A stretch of 64,000 bases of DNA from the NCBI GenBank assembly GCA_002269645.1, contig NIVC01001552.1, positions 62,001 to 126,000 on the forward strand, in the 5' to 3' direction. The translations under genes and the position numbers were made by a program. The notes below the pieces were generated by a model. The model ran no database searches. It had not been told where the DNA came from and was given only the letters and a program-made list of their open reading frames with translations. Positions 1-12,958 of the stretch are shown piece after piece; position 1 is the stretch's first letter, and every line of letters starts with the position of its first letter. Source of the stretch: Macrostomum lignano (lineage: Eukaryota).

Positions 1-135
1 GATCAAAATCCCATTACGTATAGGATCAAAATCCCATTACCTATAGGATCAAAATCCCATTACGTATAGGATCAAAATCCCATTACCTATAGGATCAAAA
101 TCCCATTACCTATAGGATCAAAATCCTATTACCTA
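1..135. repeat. 23-bp minisatellite (GATCAAAATCCCATTACSTATAG), intronic, truncated by window edge
   Basis: Direct tandem copies visible from position 1. Confidence 0.9.
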
Positions 136-266
136 TTCCCATGAAGATCCAAATCCTATTGCCTATTACCAATTAAGAAGCATAATCCATTTTTTCCTAA
201 ACTGGGATAAAAATCCCCATGTACACGTATGCATCGAATCAACATCGAGTTATCCCCTAACCGCAG

Positions 267-401
267 CATGTAAAAATAGGTACACCTGTCCGAACAAGGA
301 GTGCGTTTATCAGGGCAGTCTGTGCGACAACATCAACGACTGCGGCTGCGATGACTATGGTTGCGACGAGACCAAGTGTTGGAAATTCGAATTTCTTAAC
401 G
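267..401 (+). CDS. LDL-receptor class A module exon of a single-pass membrane protein (5' exons lie upstream of the window)
   Basis: CTAAC..CGCAG acceptor and G|GTGAAG donor. Symmetric phase 1-1, 135 nt. Translates to ACKNRYTCPNKECVYQGSLCDNINDCGCDDYGCDETKCWKFEFLN, with the LDLa C..C..C..CD...DC...DE..C pattern. Confidence 0.85.
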
Positions 402-439
402 GTGAAGAACTGATGGGAGTTTTACTGATTCACTAGGAT

Positions 440-2108
440 CAATTGGGATTCAGATCCCCATAATATCAACGATTGGGATTCAGATCCCCATAATATCAAT
501 AATTGGGATTCAGATCCCCATAATCTCAACAATAGGGATTTAGATCCCCATTATCTCAACAATTGGGATTCAGATCCCCATAATCTCAAACAATTGGGAT
601 TCAGATCCCCATAATCTCAAACAATTGGGATTCAGATCCCCATAATCTCAAACAATTGGGATTTACATCCCCATAATCTCAACAATTGGGATTTAGATCC
701 CCATTTTCTCAACAATTGGGATTCAGATCCCCATAATCTCAAACAATTGGGATTCAGATACCCATAATCTCAAACAATTGGGATTCAGATCCCCATAATC
801 TCAAACAATTGGGATTCAGATCCCCATAATATCAATAATTGGGATTCAGATCCCCATAATCTCAACAATAGGGATTTAGATCCCCATTATCTCAACAATT
901 GGGATTCAGATCCCCATAATCTCAAACAATTGGGATTCAGATCCCCATAATCTCAAACAATTGGGATTCAGATCCCCATAATCTCAAACAATTGGGATTT
1001 AGATCCCCATAATCTCAACAATTGGGATTTAGATCCCCATTTTCTCAACAATTGGGATTCAGATCCCCATAATCTCAAACAATTGGGATTCAGATCCCCA
1101 TAATCTCAAACAATTGGGATTCAGATCCCCATAATCTCAAACAATTGGGATTCAGATCCCCATAATCTCAAACAATTGGGATTTAGATCCCCATAATCTC
1201 AAACAATTGGGATTTAGATCCCCATAATCTCAAACAATTGGGATTTAGATCCCCATAATCTCAAACAATTGGGATTTAGATCCCCATAATCTCAAACAAT
1301 TGGGATTCAGATCCCCATAATCTCAAACAATTGGGATTTAGATCCCCATAATGTCAAACAATTGGGATTCAGATCCCCATAATCTCAAACAATTGGGATT
1401 TAGATCCCCATAATCTCAAACAATTGGGATTCAGATCCCCATAATCTCAAACAATTGGGATTTAGATCCCCATAATATCAATAATTGGGATTCAGATCCC
1501 CATAATCTCAACAATTGGGATTCAGATCCCCATAATCTCAAACAATTGGGATTCAGATCCCCATTATCTCAACAATTGGGATTTAGATCCCCATTATCTC
1601 AACAATTGGGATTTAGATCCCCATAATCTCAAACAATTGGGATTCAGATCCCCATAATCTCAAACAATTGGGATTTAGATCCCCATAATCTCAAACAATT
1701 GGGATTCAGATCCCCATAATCTCAAACAATTGGGATTTAGATCCCCATAATCTCAAACAATTGGGATTTAGATCCCCATAATATCAATAATTGGGATTCA
1801 GATCCCCATAATCTCAACAATTGGGATTTAGATCCCCATTTTCTCAACAATTGGGATTCAGATCCCCATTTTCTCAACAATTGGGATTCAGATCCCCATA
1901 ATCTCAAACAATTGGGATTTAGATCCCCATAATCTCAAACAATTGGGATTTAGATCCCCATAATCTCAAACAATTGGGATTTAGATCCCCATAATCTCAA
2001 ACAATTGGGATTTAGATCCCCATAATCTCAAACAATTGGGATTCAGATCCCCATATTGTCAACAATTGGGATTCAGATCCCCATAATGTCAAACAATTGG
2101 GATTCAGA
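440..2108. repeat. 30-31-bp minisatellite (AATTGGGATTCAGATCCCCATAATCTCAAAC) filling the intron
   Basis: About 54 tandem units. Each unit contains a GGGAT-TCAG-ATCCC hairpin and a CAATTG palindrome. Confidence 0.95.
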
Positions 2109-2191
2109 TCCTATACTGACTGCAAAGATTCAAAATCTCCCCTTCACAATGGGGATAAATATCCCACTTTCCTATATTTTTTCCGTCGCAG

Positions 2192-2435
2192 ACCCGTCGG
2201 TTGTGTGGGGCCTTGGCATGGGCATCGGCCTGACGCTTTCAATCGCAGTGTTCATCATCTGCGGCTTCGTCGAGATGCCGGAGCGCAAAAGGCCCGAGTG
2301 CATGCGACGGAGAGAGCACCAACCTGGGGGCTGCCTGGGCAGGTGCGGGGCCAAGAACAAGGTGCAGCAGCAGACACCCGAGGACGCTTTCATGGCCATG
2401 ATGAAAAGGATGACCGCTGGGAAATCCCTGCAGTG
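2192..2435 (+). CDS. Transmembrane and juxtamembrane exon of the LDLa membrane protein
   Basis: TTTTTTCCGTCGCAG acceptor in phase 1 matches the previous exon. Encodes DPSVVWGLGMGIGLTLSIAVFIICGFV (TM) followed by a basic stretch. TG|GTGAGG donor, phase 2. Confidence 0.8.
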
Positions 2436-2455
2436 GTGAGGAAAATGAATTTTAT

Positions 2456-2692
2456 ATCCTGTCTATCAGGTTACATTATCCATGTCTAACAGGTTACATT
2501 ATCCATGTCTAACAGGTTACATTATCCATGTCTAACAGGTTACATTATCCATGTCTAACAAGTTACATTATCCATGTCTAACAGGTTACATTATCCATGT
2601 CTAACAGGTTACATTATCCATGTCTAACAGGTTACATTATCCGTGTCTAACAGGTTACATTATCCGTGTCTAACAGGTTACATTATCCATGT
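2456..2692. repeat. 23-bp minisatellite (TCCATGTCTAACAGGTTACATTA)
   Basis: About 10 tandem units directly after the splice donor. Confidence 0.95.
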
Positions 2693-2716
2693 CGAACAGT
2701 TCAAGGGGCCGGAAGA

Positions 2717-3018
2717 TAAGCACTGTAGGATAAGCGCTGTAGGATAAGCGCCACAGGATAAGCGACACAGGATAAGCGACACAGGATAAGCGACACAGGA
2801 TAAGCGACACAGGATAAGCGCCACAGGATAAGCGACACAGGATAAGCGCCACAGGATAAGCGCTGTAGGATAAGCGCCACAGGATAAGCGACACAGGATA
2901 AGCGACACAGGATAAGCGACACAGGATAAGCGACACAGGATAAGCGCCACAGGATAAGCGCTGTAGGATAAGCGCCACAGGATAAGCGACACAGGATAAG
3001 CGACACAGGATAAGCGCC
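2717..3018. repeat. 14-bp minisatellite (CAGGATAAGCGACA/CAGGATAAGCGCCA)
   Basis: About 21 units. Source of the spurious minus-strand ORFs at 2670-3175. Confidence 0.95.
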
Positions 3019-3053
3019 AAACTGTATTCCGAACAACCGCAACCCTCGCGCAG

Positions 3054-3321
3054 GGAGGGCGCAGATTCGGACGAGTCCACCACTCGAAGCAGCAGTCGCG
3101 CCGACGTCTCCCGCCGGAGCTCCGTGTCGGTCGGCAGCGCCCTCGGCAGCCGACGCTCTTCGGTGTACGCGCCAACCTACGGCAACACGCTTAGCCCGAA
3201 TTATTCAGCGCCAAGACCGGCGGCGTCGCCGACGACGGCGGCTGCCAACGCAGCGCCGCAGACGGAGCAGAAACCGCCGGGACCGGTGACCTTGGCCGTG
3301 CCGAAAGTGAGCTCAACTTGA
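3054..3321 (+). CDS. Terminal coding exon of the LDLa membrane protein (Ser/Arg/Ala/Pro-rich cytoplasmic tail)
   Basis: CGCGCAG|G acceptor completes TG+G (Trp) in frame. Reads EGADSDESTTRSSSRADVSRRSSVSVGS...VPKVSST to a stop at 3319-3321. Confidence 0.75.
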
Positions 3322-3402
3322 GCTACTGGTGCTCAGCTGAGCAGCCTTGCTTTTGTTTTATTTGTAGATTATTTGTTGAATATTAATAAAAATAGTAGTC
3401 TT

Positions 3403-3885
3403 TGTTTGAGTATAGATGTCTTTGAGTACATGTGTCTTTGTCTGAGTACAGGTGTCTTTGTCTGAGTACAGGTGTCTGTTTGAGTACAGGTGTCTTTGTT
3501 TGAGTGCAGGTGTCTCTGTTTGAGTGCATGTGTCTTTGTCTGAGTACAGGTGTCTTTGTTTGAGTACAGGTGTCTTTGTTTGAGTACAGGTGTCTTTTTT
3601 TGAGTACAGGTGTCTTTTTTTGAGTACAGGTGTCTTTGTTTGAGTACAGGTGTCTTTGTTTGAGTACATGTGTCTTTGTTTGAGTACAGGTGTCTTTGTT
3701 TGAGTACAGGTGTCTTTGTTTGAGTACAGGTGTATTTGTTTGAGTGCAGGTGTCTTTGTCTGAGTACAGGTGTCTTTGTTTGAGTACAGGTGTCTTTGTT
3801 TGAGTACAGGTGTCTTTGTTTGAGTACAGGTGTCTTTGTTTGAGTACAGGTGTCTTTGTCTGAGTACACGTGTCTTTATTTGAGT
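3403..3885. repeat. 20-bp minisatellite (TTTGTTTGAGTACAGGTGTC)
   Basis: About 24 units, 3' of the stop codon. Confidence 0.95.
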
Positions 3886-4371
3886 TTTCAAGTTTTCAAG
3901 TTTCACTTTCAAGTTTTTATTACTCTTGAAAATCGACAGACTTCAACCCTATTTCTATTTTCAATCAACACTTCTTAAATGCTTTTTTGAAGCTTAAACT
4001 ATACATTTAAGCTGTTACGTAGCTTAGTGAAAAAGCTGTTTTTCTGTACACAAGAGAGAATTTGTCTACCTGCAAAATACCTATCTTACATAAAGAGAGC
4101 TTCTGGATTGACTAAATGATTTGTTTTTCATATTAAAAAGTGAAGTGATTTTTTACCTGTCATTTTTTATTTCAAGCACTTCATAGGCTTATGGTGGCAT
4201 AAGTAGACCAAGACAACCCAACTTACATACATCGAGATATTATTCGCAACCTATCTAGAGACTTTCTTACACATCTAGAGACCATTAATCTAGATCTAGA
4301 GAACTGGACAATTACCTAAATGCTCTAGAACCAATCTACAAGACCCTCCTCGAGCACCCCAGGAAATTAAC

Positions 4372-4510
4372 AGTCACTGATCTAGAGACCCTGTCACTGA
4401 TTTACAGACCCTGTCACTGATTTACAGACCCTGTCACTGATTTACAGACCCTGTCACTGATTTACAGACCATGTCACTGATTTACAGACCCTATCACTGA
4501 TCTATAGACA
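4372..4510. repeat. 20-bp minisatellite (GTCACTGATTTACAGACCCT)
   Basis: About 7 units. Confidence 0.85.
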
Positions 4511-4851
4511 TCTCGAGACCCTAGCAACATTTCGCTCGTATATACCATGATTGCTTTCACAAAGCAATATCTTGGCCTCTGTCAACAGAAAGCCAGATGC
4601 AGGAAAGTCTTCCTTCCACTAATTGGCGCAACTGTGTTCAGCGCTATGCCAAAAATAGACAGACAGATGGCCCTCCTGTCAACGGCAAAAGAGAAAAAGT
4701 ATAATTCATAACTGATGGGTCCGCTGCAGTTGCAGTTTCTTTTTTGCAAAAGAAACCGAAAGTGTGTAACAAAAAAACAGTCGGTCACGGGAAGCTAAAA
4801 GTACACAGGGCAGTAACCTCTGCAGAACAGCTGTCCTAGAGTGAAGGTCGG

Positions 4852-5269
4852 TTAGATCCTAATCGCGCCTTCTGCCAGCAAAGAACAGAAAATCTTCTTT
4901 TCGAAGAAACTGTCGATCAACCAGAAAAGCTCCTGTCTCCTGGAGTCTGTTGGCGGGCTGCTTTGGTTAGAAGAAATACTCACTTGGTAAAGACAGTCCG
5001 TCTCTCTCGGGATTAAAGTGAGTTACTCGTAGTGGGTAGCCAGTCCAGCCTATCGATTTATCTGCCACTGGCTGGTCTGGCTTCAAATAATTCTCCCGGG
5101 ATGCCTGCCAACCAACTGCCGAGCGACAGATTTCCAGATGTCTACCAGTGAGACTCTCGTGTTAAAAAATCAAAGTCCAGGGTGTTTTAGCAAGTCAAGT
5201 CAAGTCCTAACTAACTTACTAACTGACTGACTAACTGACTGACTAACTAACTGACTGACTGACTGACTG

Positions 5270-5300
<31 letters not shown>

Positions 5301-5305
5301 GACTG

Positions 5306-5340
<35 letters not shown>

Positions 5341-5610
5341 GACTAACTAACTGACTGACTGACTGACTAACTAACTAACTAACTGACTAACTAACTAACT
5401 GACTGACTAACTAACTAACTGACTAACTAACTAACTAACTGACTAACTGACTGACTAACTAACTGACTGACTAACTGACTGACTAACTGACTGAACTAAC
5501 TAACTAACTAACTGACTAACTGACTGACTAACTGACTAACTGACTGACTAACTAACTGACTAACTGACTGACTAACTAACTGACTGACTAACTGACTGAC
5601 TAACTGACTG

Positions 5611-5641
<31 letters not shown>

Positions 5642-5646
5642 GACTG

Positions 5647-5677
<31 letters not shown>

Positions 5678-6458
5678 GACTGACTGACTGACTAACTAAC
5701 TAACTAACTGACTAACTAACTAACTAACTGACTAACTGACTGACTAACTAACTGACTGACTAACTGACTGACTAACTGACTGAACTAACTAACTGACTGA
5801 CTAACTAACTAACTGACTAACTAACTAACTAACTGACTAACTGACTGACTAACTAACTGACTGACTAACTGACTGACTAACTGACTGAACTAACTAACTA
5901 ACTAACTGACTAACTGACTGACTAACTGACTAACTGACTGACTAACTAACTGACTGACTAACTGACTGACTAACTGACTGAACTAACTAACTAACTAACT
6001 GACTAACTGACTGACTAACTGACTAACTGACTGACTAACTGACTAACTAACTAACTGACTAACTGACTGACTAACTAACTGACTGACTAACTGACTGACT
6101 AACTGACTGAACTAACTAACTGACTGACTAACTAACTAACTAACTGACTAACTAACTAACTGACTGACTGACTGACTAACTGACTGACTGACTAACTAAC
6201 TGACTGACTGACTGACTAACTAACTAACTAACTAACTGACTAACTAACTAACTGACTAACTAACTAACTAACTGACTGACTGACTGACTAACTGACTGAC
6301 TGACTGACTAACTAACTGACTGACTGACTAACTAACCAACTAACTGACTAACTGACTGACTAACTAACTGACTAACTGACTAACTAACTAACTAACTAAC
6401 TGACTGACTAACTAACTGACTAACTGACTAACTAACTAACCAACTAACTAACTGACTG

Positions 6459-6509
<51 letters not shown>

Positions 6510-6813
6510 CACTAACTAACTCACTAACTGACTAACTGACTGACTAACTAACTGACTAACTGACTAACTAACTAACTAACTAACTGACTGACTAACTAAC
6601 TGACTAAGTGACTAACTAACTAACCAACTAACTAACTGACTGACTAACTAACTAACTAACTAACTAACCAACTAACTAACTGACTGACTAACTAACAAAT
6701 TAACTCACTTAGTTACTAGCACACTGTGAAAATTAACTTTTAATTAAATGTGCACTTCTCAATAAAGATTGTTCAGAAAAATAAACAAACCACCTGTCTG
6801 TCTCCCTCTCCAT
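4852..6813 (-). CDS. Putative three-exon 94-aa protein of unknown function: join(6813-6794, 5153-4984, 4946-4852)
   Basis: ACGATGG start context. GT-AG introns in matching phases (2, then 1). The 37-nt second intron has GTGAGT, a CTAAC branch site and CAG. The 170-nt middle exon is stop-free. No homology recognised. Confidence 0.4.
5207..6712. repeat. Compound tetranucleotide microsatellite (ACTA/ACTG)n, about 1.5 kb
   Basis: Direct reading. Confidence 0.97.
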
Positions 6814-8060
6814 CGTGAGACTGGGTTCTGCCGCTCAATTGGTGTGGGAAAAATTCAGTGGATCAATAACTCTTGCATAAGCAAACAGAATCCCGTAGTG
6901 TAAACCCTTTATTAGCATCGATTCTCAATGCCCAGGGAGTCAACTGATTAGGAAGATTGCCATAGCAGTGGCATTGCCAAATTCCGCTTGTAATCAATTT
7001 AAAATCGACATTCTGTAATAATATTGTGTAAAACTTTGATGCATAGTACATAGCTCGTATTACGTAAATATTATACTATAGTGCATAGTAGCAGAGCAGT
7101 AGACTTGCTCGCAAATTGTGTTGTTAGAAACAGAACGAGGTCAGACGGGAGAGAGTGAAGGCGAGGGAGAGGATCGAGAAGGGAGAGAGAGTTAAGGAGC
7201 GGGGAGTGAGTGAGAGGCGAAGGCAGCTGCTGCCTCTGCTGGGTAGTTTCTGGACCTTGGCCAATAAAATCGAAGCCCCACATGGCCAGCCAGAGCCTCA
7301 ATCCCAGGCTTCCCACCCAAAGATCCGCTGATCCCGAATGCTTGGCCCTCTCGGTTTCGTTCGCCTCCGTTTCTAACTCTCGTCCTCTCTTTCTCCCCCT
7401 TCTATTTCCCCTCTCACTTCAGTCTCGGCCAGTCTTAAAGCTCTGTTGTTCAAAATTGTTCAATCCTTTACAGTTGGGGAACCTCGTCCCCCCAGTTAAG
7501 TCCCTCAACTCCCCTCTCTACTCCCGTTGCTTCTTAGCCAAGGGTTAAGAAATAGGACACCAAAAACATCCGAGGCAAAACTTAAACTTCACTTGTTTTT
7601 GTTCGACCAGATCGGAAAGGTAAGGCGAATCATGGCTGATGGATTTCTGGCTTGTAGATGATGTAGGTGATAATGATTCTTTTGGGCCAAGCCCCAAGGC
7701 AGAGACCTTTTTATAGGAACCCGATTTTTATTACTTTAATTAGTCATCTGACTTTTATTACTTTATTAGTTATCTGACTTTTTTTAGTGACCCGAATTTT
7801 ATCAGGTACCCGAATTTTATTACTTAATTGGGCACCTGAAGTATTCTAACTTTCATCGAAGCTCATCAAAAGTTCATCGAATCTAAACAGGTTCTAAAAT
7901 CAATTATCAATCATTGCGTCAATTAATGCGTTTATTGGAGTTGAACGTTCCAAAACGCTTCTCAAAATAGGATATACAAGAGATGGTGTATCAGGGTTTT
8001 TGCACGCAGTAGCGATTCTCACTGTCTCCTCTCTGGATTTCAACAGTCAGTCGGAGAGCC

Positions 8061-8798
8061 ATGCCGGGCTACGACGCTCTGAACACACAGACAGCCCCAA
8101 GCAAGTCGGTGTTCGACAGTCAGCAACTGTCCAGACCGGCTGCCTACCGGCACTGCGGCCGCGCCAGCCTCATTATCGGGATTGTCTGCATCCTGGCAGA
8201 GGTGTCCGTGTTCGTGCTCAAACGCGGCCTCACCACACTGGGCGTGGGCATCTGGACTGGGGCGACATTTGTAATGTTCGGCGCAGCGAGCATGGCAGTG
8301 CCTAAAACTCGGAGCGTCTGCAGCGTCAACACCTGCTTCGCCATGGCCCTGTGCTCCATGGCCATCTGCGTACTCGGCGTCCTGGCCTGCATAGTCCACA
8401 TCCTGATGCTGCACTCCATCCTGCAGTACAATTACACTCCACGGCCGAATTTTGAGCTGACCTGTGAAATCTGCGGCCTGGCAATCATCATGAAGGAAGT
8501 TGGTCAGGTGGTGTTGCTGCTGGCTCAGTTCCTCGTCTCCATGGCGCTGCTGTACTTCGCTTACACCGACTGCTTGTGCTGCCGGGCCACCGAGACTGAG
8601 GTCATCATGCAGGGCGGCTCGGGCCCGGCAAAACCTGCAGCTGCCCCTGCGGTCCCGGATTCGATCGCTGTGAACATGCAGGCCATGCAGGGCTCGACGA
8701 ATCATCAGTCCAGCCAGGGTGGCAACGTGTTCTCTCAGCTGGCCTCGGCCAGAATCGGCGGAGCCAGCGCCTCCGGCCCCATGCTGTACGAACTCTGA
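8061..8798 (+). CDS. CD20/MS4A-like four-transmembrane protein, 245 aa, single coding exon
   Basis: Four hydrophobic segments, a GVGIWTGATFVMFG motif like the MS4A TM2 signature, a CLCC cluster after TM4 and GC-rich codon usage. Probable 5'UTR intron 7620-8046 (AAG|GTAAGG ... TTTCAACAG). Confidence 0.8.
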   Translation: MPGYDALNTQTAPSKSVFDSQQLSRPAAYRHCGRASLIIGIVCILAEVSVFVLKRGLTTLGVGIWTGATFVMFGAASMAVPKTRSVCSVNTCFAMALCSMAICVLGVLACIVHILMLHSILQYNYTPRPNFELTCEICGLAIIMKEVGQVVLLLAQFLVSMALLYFAYTDCLCCRATETEVIMQGGSGPAKPAAAPAVPDSIAVNMQAMQGSTNHQSSQGGNVFSQLASARIGGASASGPMLYEL

Positions 8799-9314
8799 TG
8801 CGAATTTTCTGAGCTGAATTCGTGTTTTACTGCTGTTAATTATTAGTTAATAACTGAAATGCATTGTACATACGTATACGACTCTAGTGGATCGTATTTT
8901 TTAAGATCAGTACCTTCTTAAATGCAAATCTGAACTCTAAATTGAACTTGAAGAATGGCAATTTTTAAGAAGAAAGAATTTTTAAAGCTAATTTTCTTGT
9001 TGTTTTTCTTCTTGTTACAAAAATAATCTATTTTTATTTTTTATTCACCCCAGACATCTCTTAGCACACGACTGTTCTTGCCCAACTAATTGCTTCTAAA
9101 AAGATTTTTGCACTATCTCTTCAACTAAGCGTTTTTACGCGTAGTTGTCATGTCATACACGCACAATAAAACACAGGAGCAGAGGAGAACCTTAAGTAAT
9201 TTCTGCGTGTTTTGTTTTAACTTTATTTCGAAGTGAGTCGTTTGTTTTTTTGATTGGTTTATTTAGAAGGAGGAGTATGAGACTGTAAGACAACGAGAGT
9301 CTAACAGAGGCTAT

Positions 9315-11600
9315 TAAAGAGTCAGACACTGCATGAGAAATTATGAGAGAGTCAGACATTGCTTGAGAAATAACGAGAGAGTCAGACACTGCTTGAAAAT
9401 GACGAGAGAGTCAGACACTGCTTGAGAAATGACGAGAGAGTCAGACACTGCTTGAGAAATGACGAGAGAGTCAGATACTGCTTGAGAAATGACGAGAGAG
9501 TCAGACACTGCTTGAGAGATGACGAGAGAGTCAGACACTGCTTGAGAGATGACCAGAGAGTCAGACACTGCTTGAGAGATGACCAGAGAGTCAGACACTG
9601 CTTGAGAGATGACGAGAGAGTCAGACACTGCTTGAGAAATGACCAGAGAGTCAGACACTGCATGAGAAATGATGAGAGAGTCAGAAACTGCTTGAGAGAT
9701 GACCAGAGAGTCAGACACTGCATGAGAAATGACCAGAGAGTCAGACACTGCATGAGAAATGACGAGAGAGTCAGACACTGCATGAGAAATGATGAGAGAG
9801 TCAGAAACTGCTTGAGAGATGACGAGAGAGTCAGACACTGCTTGAGAGATGACCAGAGAGTCAGACACTGCATGAGAAATGACCAGAGAGTCAGACACTG
9901 CTTGAGAAATGACCAGAGAGTCAGACACTGCATGAGAAATGACCAGAGAGTCAGACACTGTTTGAGAAATGATGAGAGAGTCAGACACTGCATGAGAAAT
10001 GATGAGAGAGTTACGCACTGCTTGAGAAATGATGAGAGAGTCAGACACTGCATGAGAAATGACGAGAGAGTCAGACACTGCATTAGAAATGATGAGAGAG
10101 TCAGAAACTGCTTGAGAAATGATGAGAGAGTCACACACTGCTTGATAAATGACGAGAGAGTCAGACACTGCATAAGAAATTATGAGAGAGTTACACACTG
10201 CATGAGAAATGATGAGAGAGTCAGACACTGCTCGAGAAATGATGAGAGAGTCAGACACTGCTTGAGAGATGACCAGAGAGTCAGACACTGCTTGAGAGAT
10301 GACCAGAGAGTCAGACACTGCTTGAGAGATGACCAGAGAGTCAGACACTGCTTGAGAAATGACCAGAGAGTCAGACACTGCTTGAGAGATGACCAGAGAG
10401 TCAGACACTGCTTGAGAGATGACCAGAGAGTCAGACACTGCTTGAGAGATGACCAGAGAGTCAGACACTGCTTGAGAAATGACCAGAGAGTCAGACACTG
10501 CATGAGAAATGATGAGAGAGTCAGAAACTGCTTGAGAGATGACCAGAGAGTCAGACACTGCTTGAGAGATGACCAGAGAGTCAGACATTGCTTGAGAGAT
10601 GACCAGAGAGTCAGACACTGCATGAGAAATGACCAGAGAGTCAGACACTGCATGAGAAATGACGAGAGAGTCAGACACTGCATGAGAAATGATGAGAGAG
10701 TCAGAAACTGCTTGAGAGATGACGAGAGAGTCAGACACTGCTTGAGAGATGACCAGAGAGTCAGACACTGCATGAGAAATGACCAGAGAGTCAGACACTG
10801 CATGAGAAATGACCAGAGAGTCAGACACTGCATGAGAAATGACCAGAGAGTCAGACACTGTTTGAGAAATGATGAGAGAGTCAGACACTGCTTGAGAAAT
10901 GACCAGAGAGTCAGACACTGCATTAGAAATGATGAGAGAGTCAGACACTGCTCGAGAAATGATGAGAGAGTCAGACACTGCTTGAGAGATGACCAGAGAG
11001 TCAGACACTGCTTGAGAGATGACCAGAGAGTCAGACACTGCTTGAGAGATGACCAGAGAGTCAGACACTGCTTGAGAGATGACCAGAGAGTCAGACACTG
11101 CTTGAGAGATGACCAGAGAGTCAGACACTGCTTGAGAGATGACCAGAGAGTCAGACACTGCTTGAGAGATGACCAGAGAGTCAGACACTGCTTGAGAAAT
11201 GACCAGAGAGTCAGACACTGCTTGAGAGATGACCAGTCAGACACTGCATGAGAAATGACGAGAGAGTCAGACACTGCATGAGAAATGACGAGAGAGTCAG
11301 ACACTGCTTGAGAAATGACGAGAGAGTCAGACACTGCTTGAGAGATGACCAGAGAGTCAGACACTGCTTGAGAGATGACGAGAGAGTCAGACACTGCTTG
11401 AGAGATGACCAGAGAGTCAGACACTGCTTGAGAGATGACCAGAGAGTCAGACACTGCTTGAGAGATGACCAGAGAGTCAGACACTGCTTGAGAGATGACG
11501 AGAGAGTCAGACACTGCTTGAGAGATGACGAGAGAGTCACCACTGCTTGAGAGATGACGAGAGAGTCAGACACTGCTTGAGAGATGACCAGAGAGTCAGA
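9315..11600. repeat. 30-bp minisatellite (GAGAGTCAGACACTGCTTGAGARATGACSA), about 2.3 kb
   Basis: About 75 units. Source of the long ORFs at 9341-11573. Confidence 0.97.
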
Positions 11601-12844
11601 CCCGGTTCTGCAAGGAAACTGTTAAAGCACAGAAATATACAAAAATTAAAATAAATCCACCAGATTCATAATTATAATTGCAACAAGAGAATTTTATAAA
11701 TATTTTATGTGCTTTCTCTGCGACTTTTTTAGCAGAAAAGAAGTTATTGAAGCATTTTCTATTCACAAGCAGTTCGTGCAAAGCAAAACACTTCACAATA
11801 CAGAAAATTGTTAAATTATTTATGGAAAATGACAGAACAGAAAAGTCGAGATGCGGGTTGCATAATAAAACTGGCGAGGCACAATGGGACACTTCATAAT
11901 ACAAAGTTGCAAGCAATCACATTTTAGCCGACTTGCAATTGTACACTAAAAGCGACAGAGACACGAAACAATTGTTTTTAGTTTCTTAATAGATGAGAAA
12001 GCATATCGATCTTTTACTTTTTTGGTGCTCTTTAGAATAGATATTCTCTATTTACTGTCTTTTTAACTACTGTTAATCAGTAGTGTAAGCGAATGTTTCA
12101 GGGCTGGCTCTTTTTTTTATTTTCATTATCAAAATATGCAATCTCAAGGGCCAACTCGTGTGTTTGAAAATTGACTTATCGAAGGAAATTCAGGTAAAGT
12201 ATCGGCGTAGAAACACGGAACAGTAATTATATTGGGTGACAGACGAAACCGGTACATTGTAATTCATCAAGATTACACGAAATTTAACTCGATTATCATT
12301 TTAACTCAGAAACGTCTGCAGTTACCATAGAAAAGTGTTTTAAAAACATTAGGTGTAGTTAAAACTCGTGGGCGTTAATTGTTTTGTTATAGTGCGTGTT
12401 GCAGACTATAGATTTTTGAAAACGCGACAATATTAAACAAAAAAATCTAGCTGGTGATTTGCCAATGAAGCTTGTTGAGTTACTCGACGTAAGTTGTATT
12501 AAATATGTGCTCGCAAAATTCATAGCGCTTACTACTCTCGCAGAAGTGTACTTTTCACAGGTATAAAATGCAGGTATGCGATACAGGACCTTACCGAAAC
12601 ACACACATATATATGGAATATACGCTCGTAACTCAGTGTGGATTATAACAAATTGATACGTTATTACAATGGAAATAGAAGCAGATTCACGCAATGTAAA
12701 AGCAAATTTAGAAATTTCTAATTTATGTTAAAAAATAAAAATTCACTTCGTCGTCAATGACACAGTCAGTTAAAATCAATTGCTACACACAATAATAGCC
12801 AAACGATGTCAAAACTGTATTTTTTCTTTAACCACATTATACAT

Positions 12845-12958
12845 TTATTTGCTCACAGGGCTCCTCACAGTGACACTCAAATTTTCGGCTTCTGCAAAGT
12901 TTATGTCGATGTCCGAAATTATACCTGTTGCATATTTCCGCCACGTGTATGCATGTAG
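12845..12958 (-). CDS. Shaw: Candidate terminal coding exon of the Shaw channel
   Basis: TTTCTGTTTAG acceptor in phase 0 matches the preceding exon. Reads LHAYTWRKYATGIISDIDINFAEAENLSVTVRSPVSK then stop, followed by AT-rich UTR-like sequence. Confidence 0.5.
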   Translation of the reverse strand, partial: LHAYTWRKYATGIISDIDINFAEAENLSVTVRSPVSK

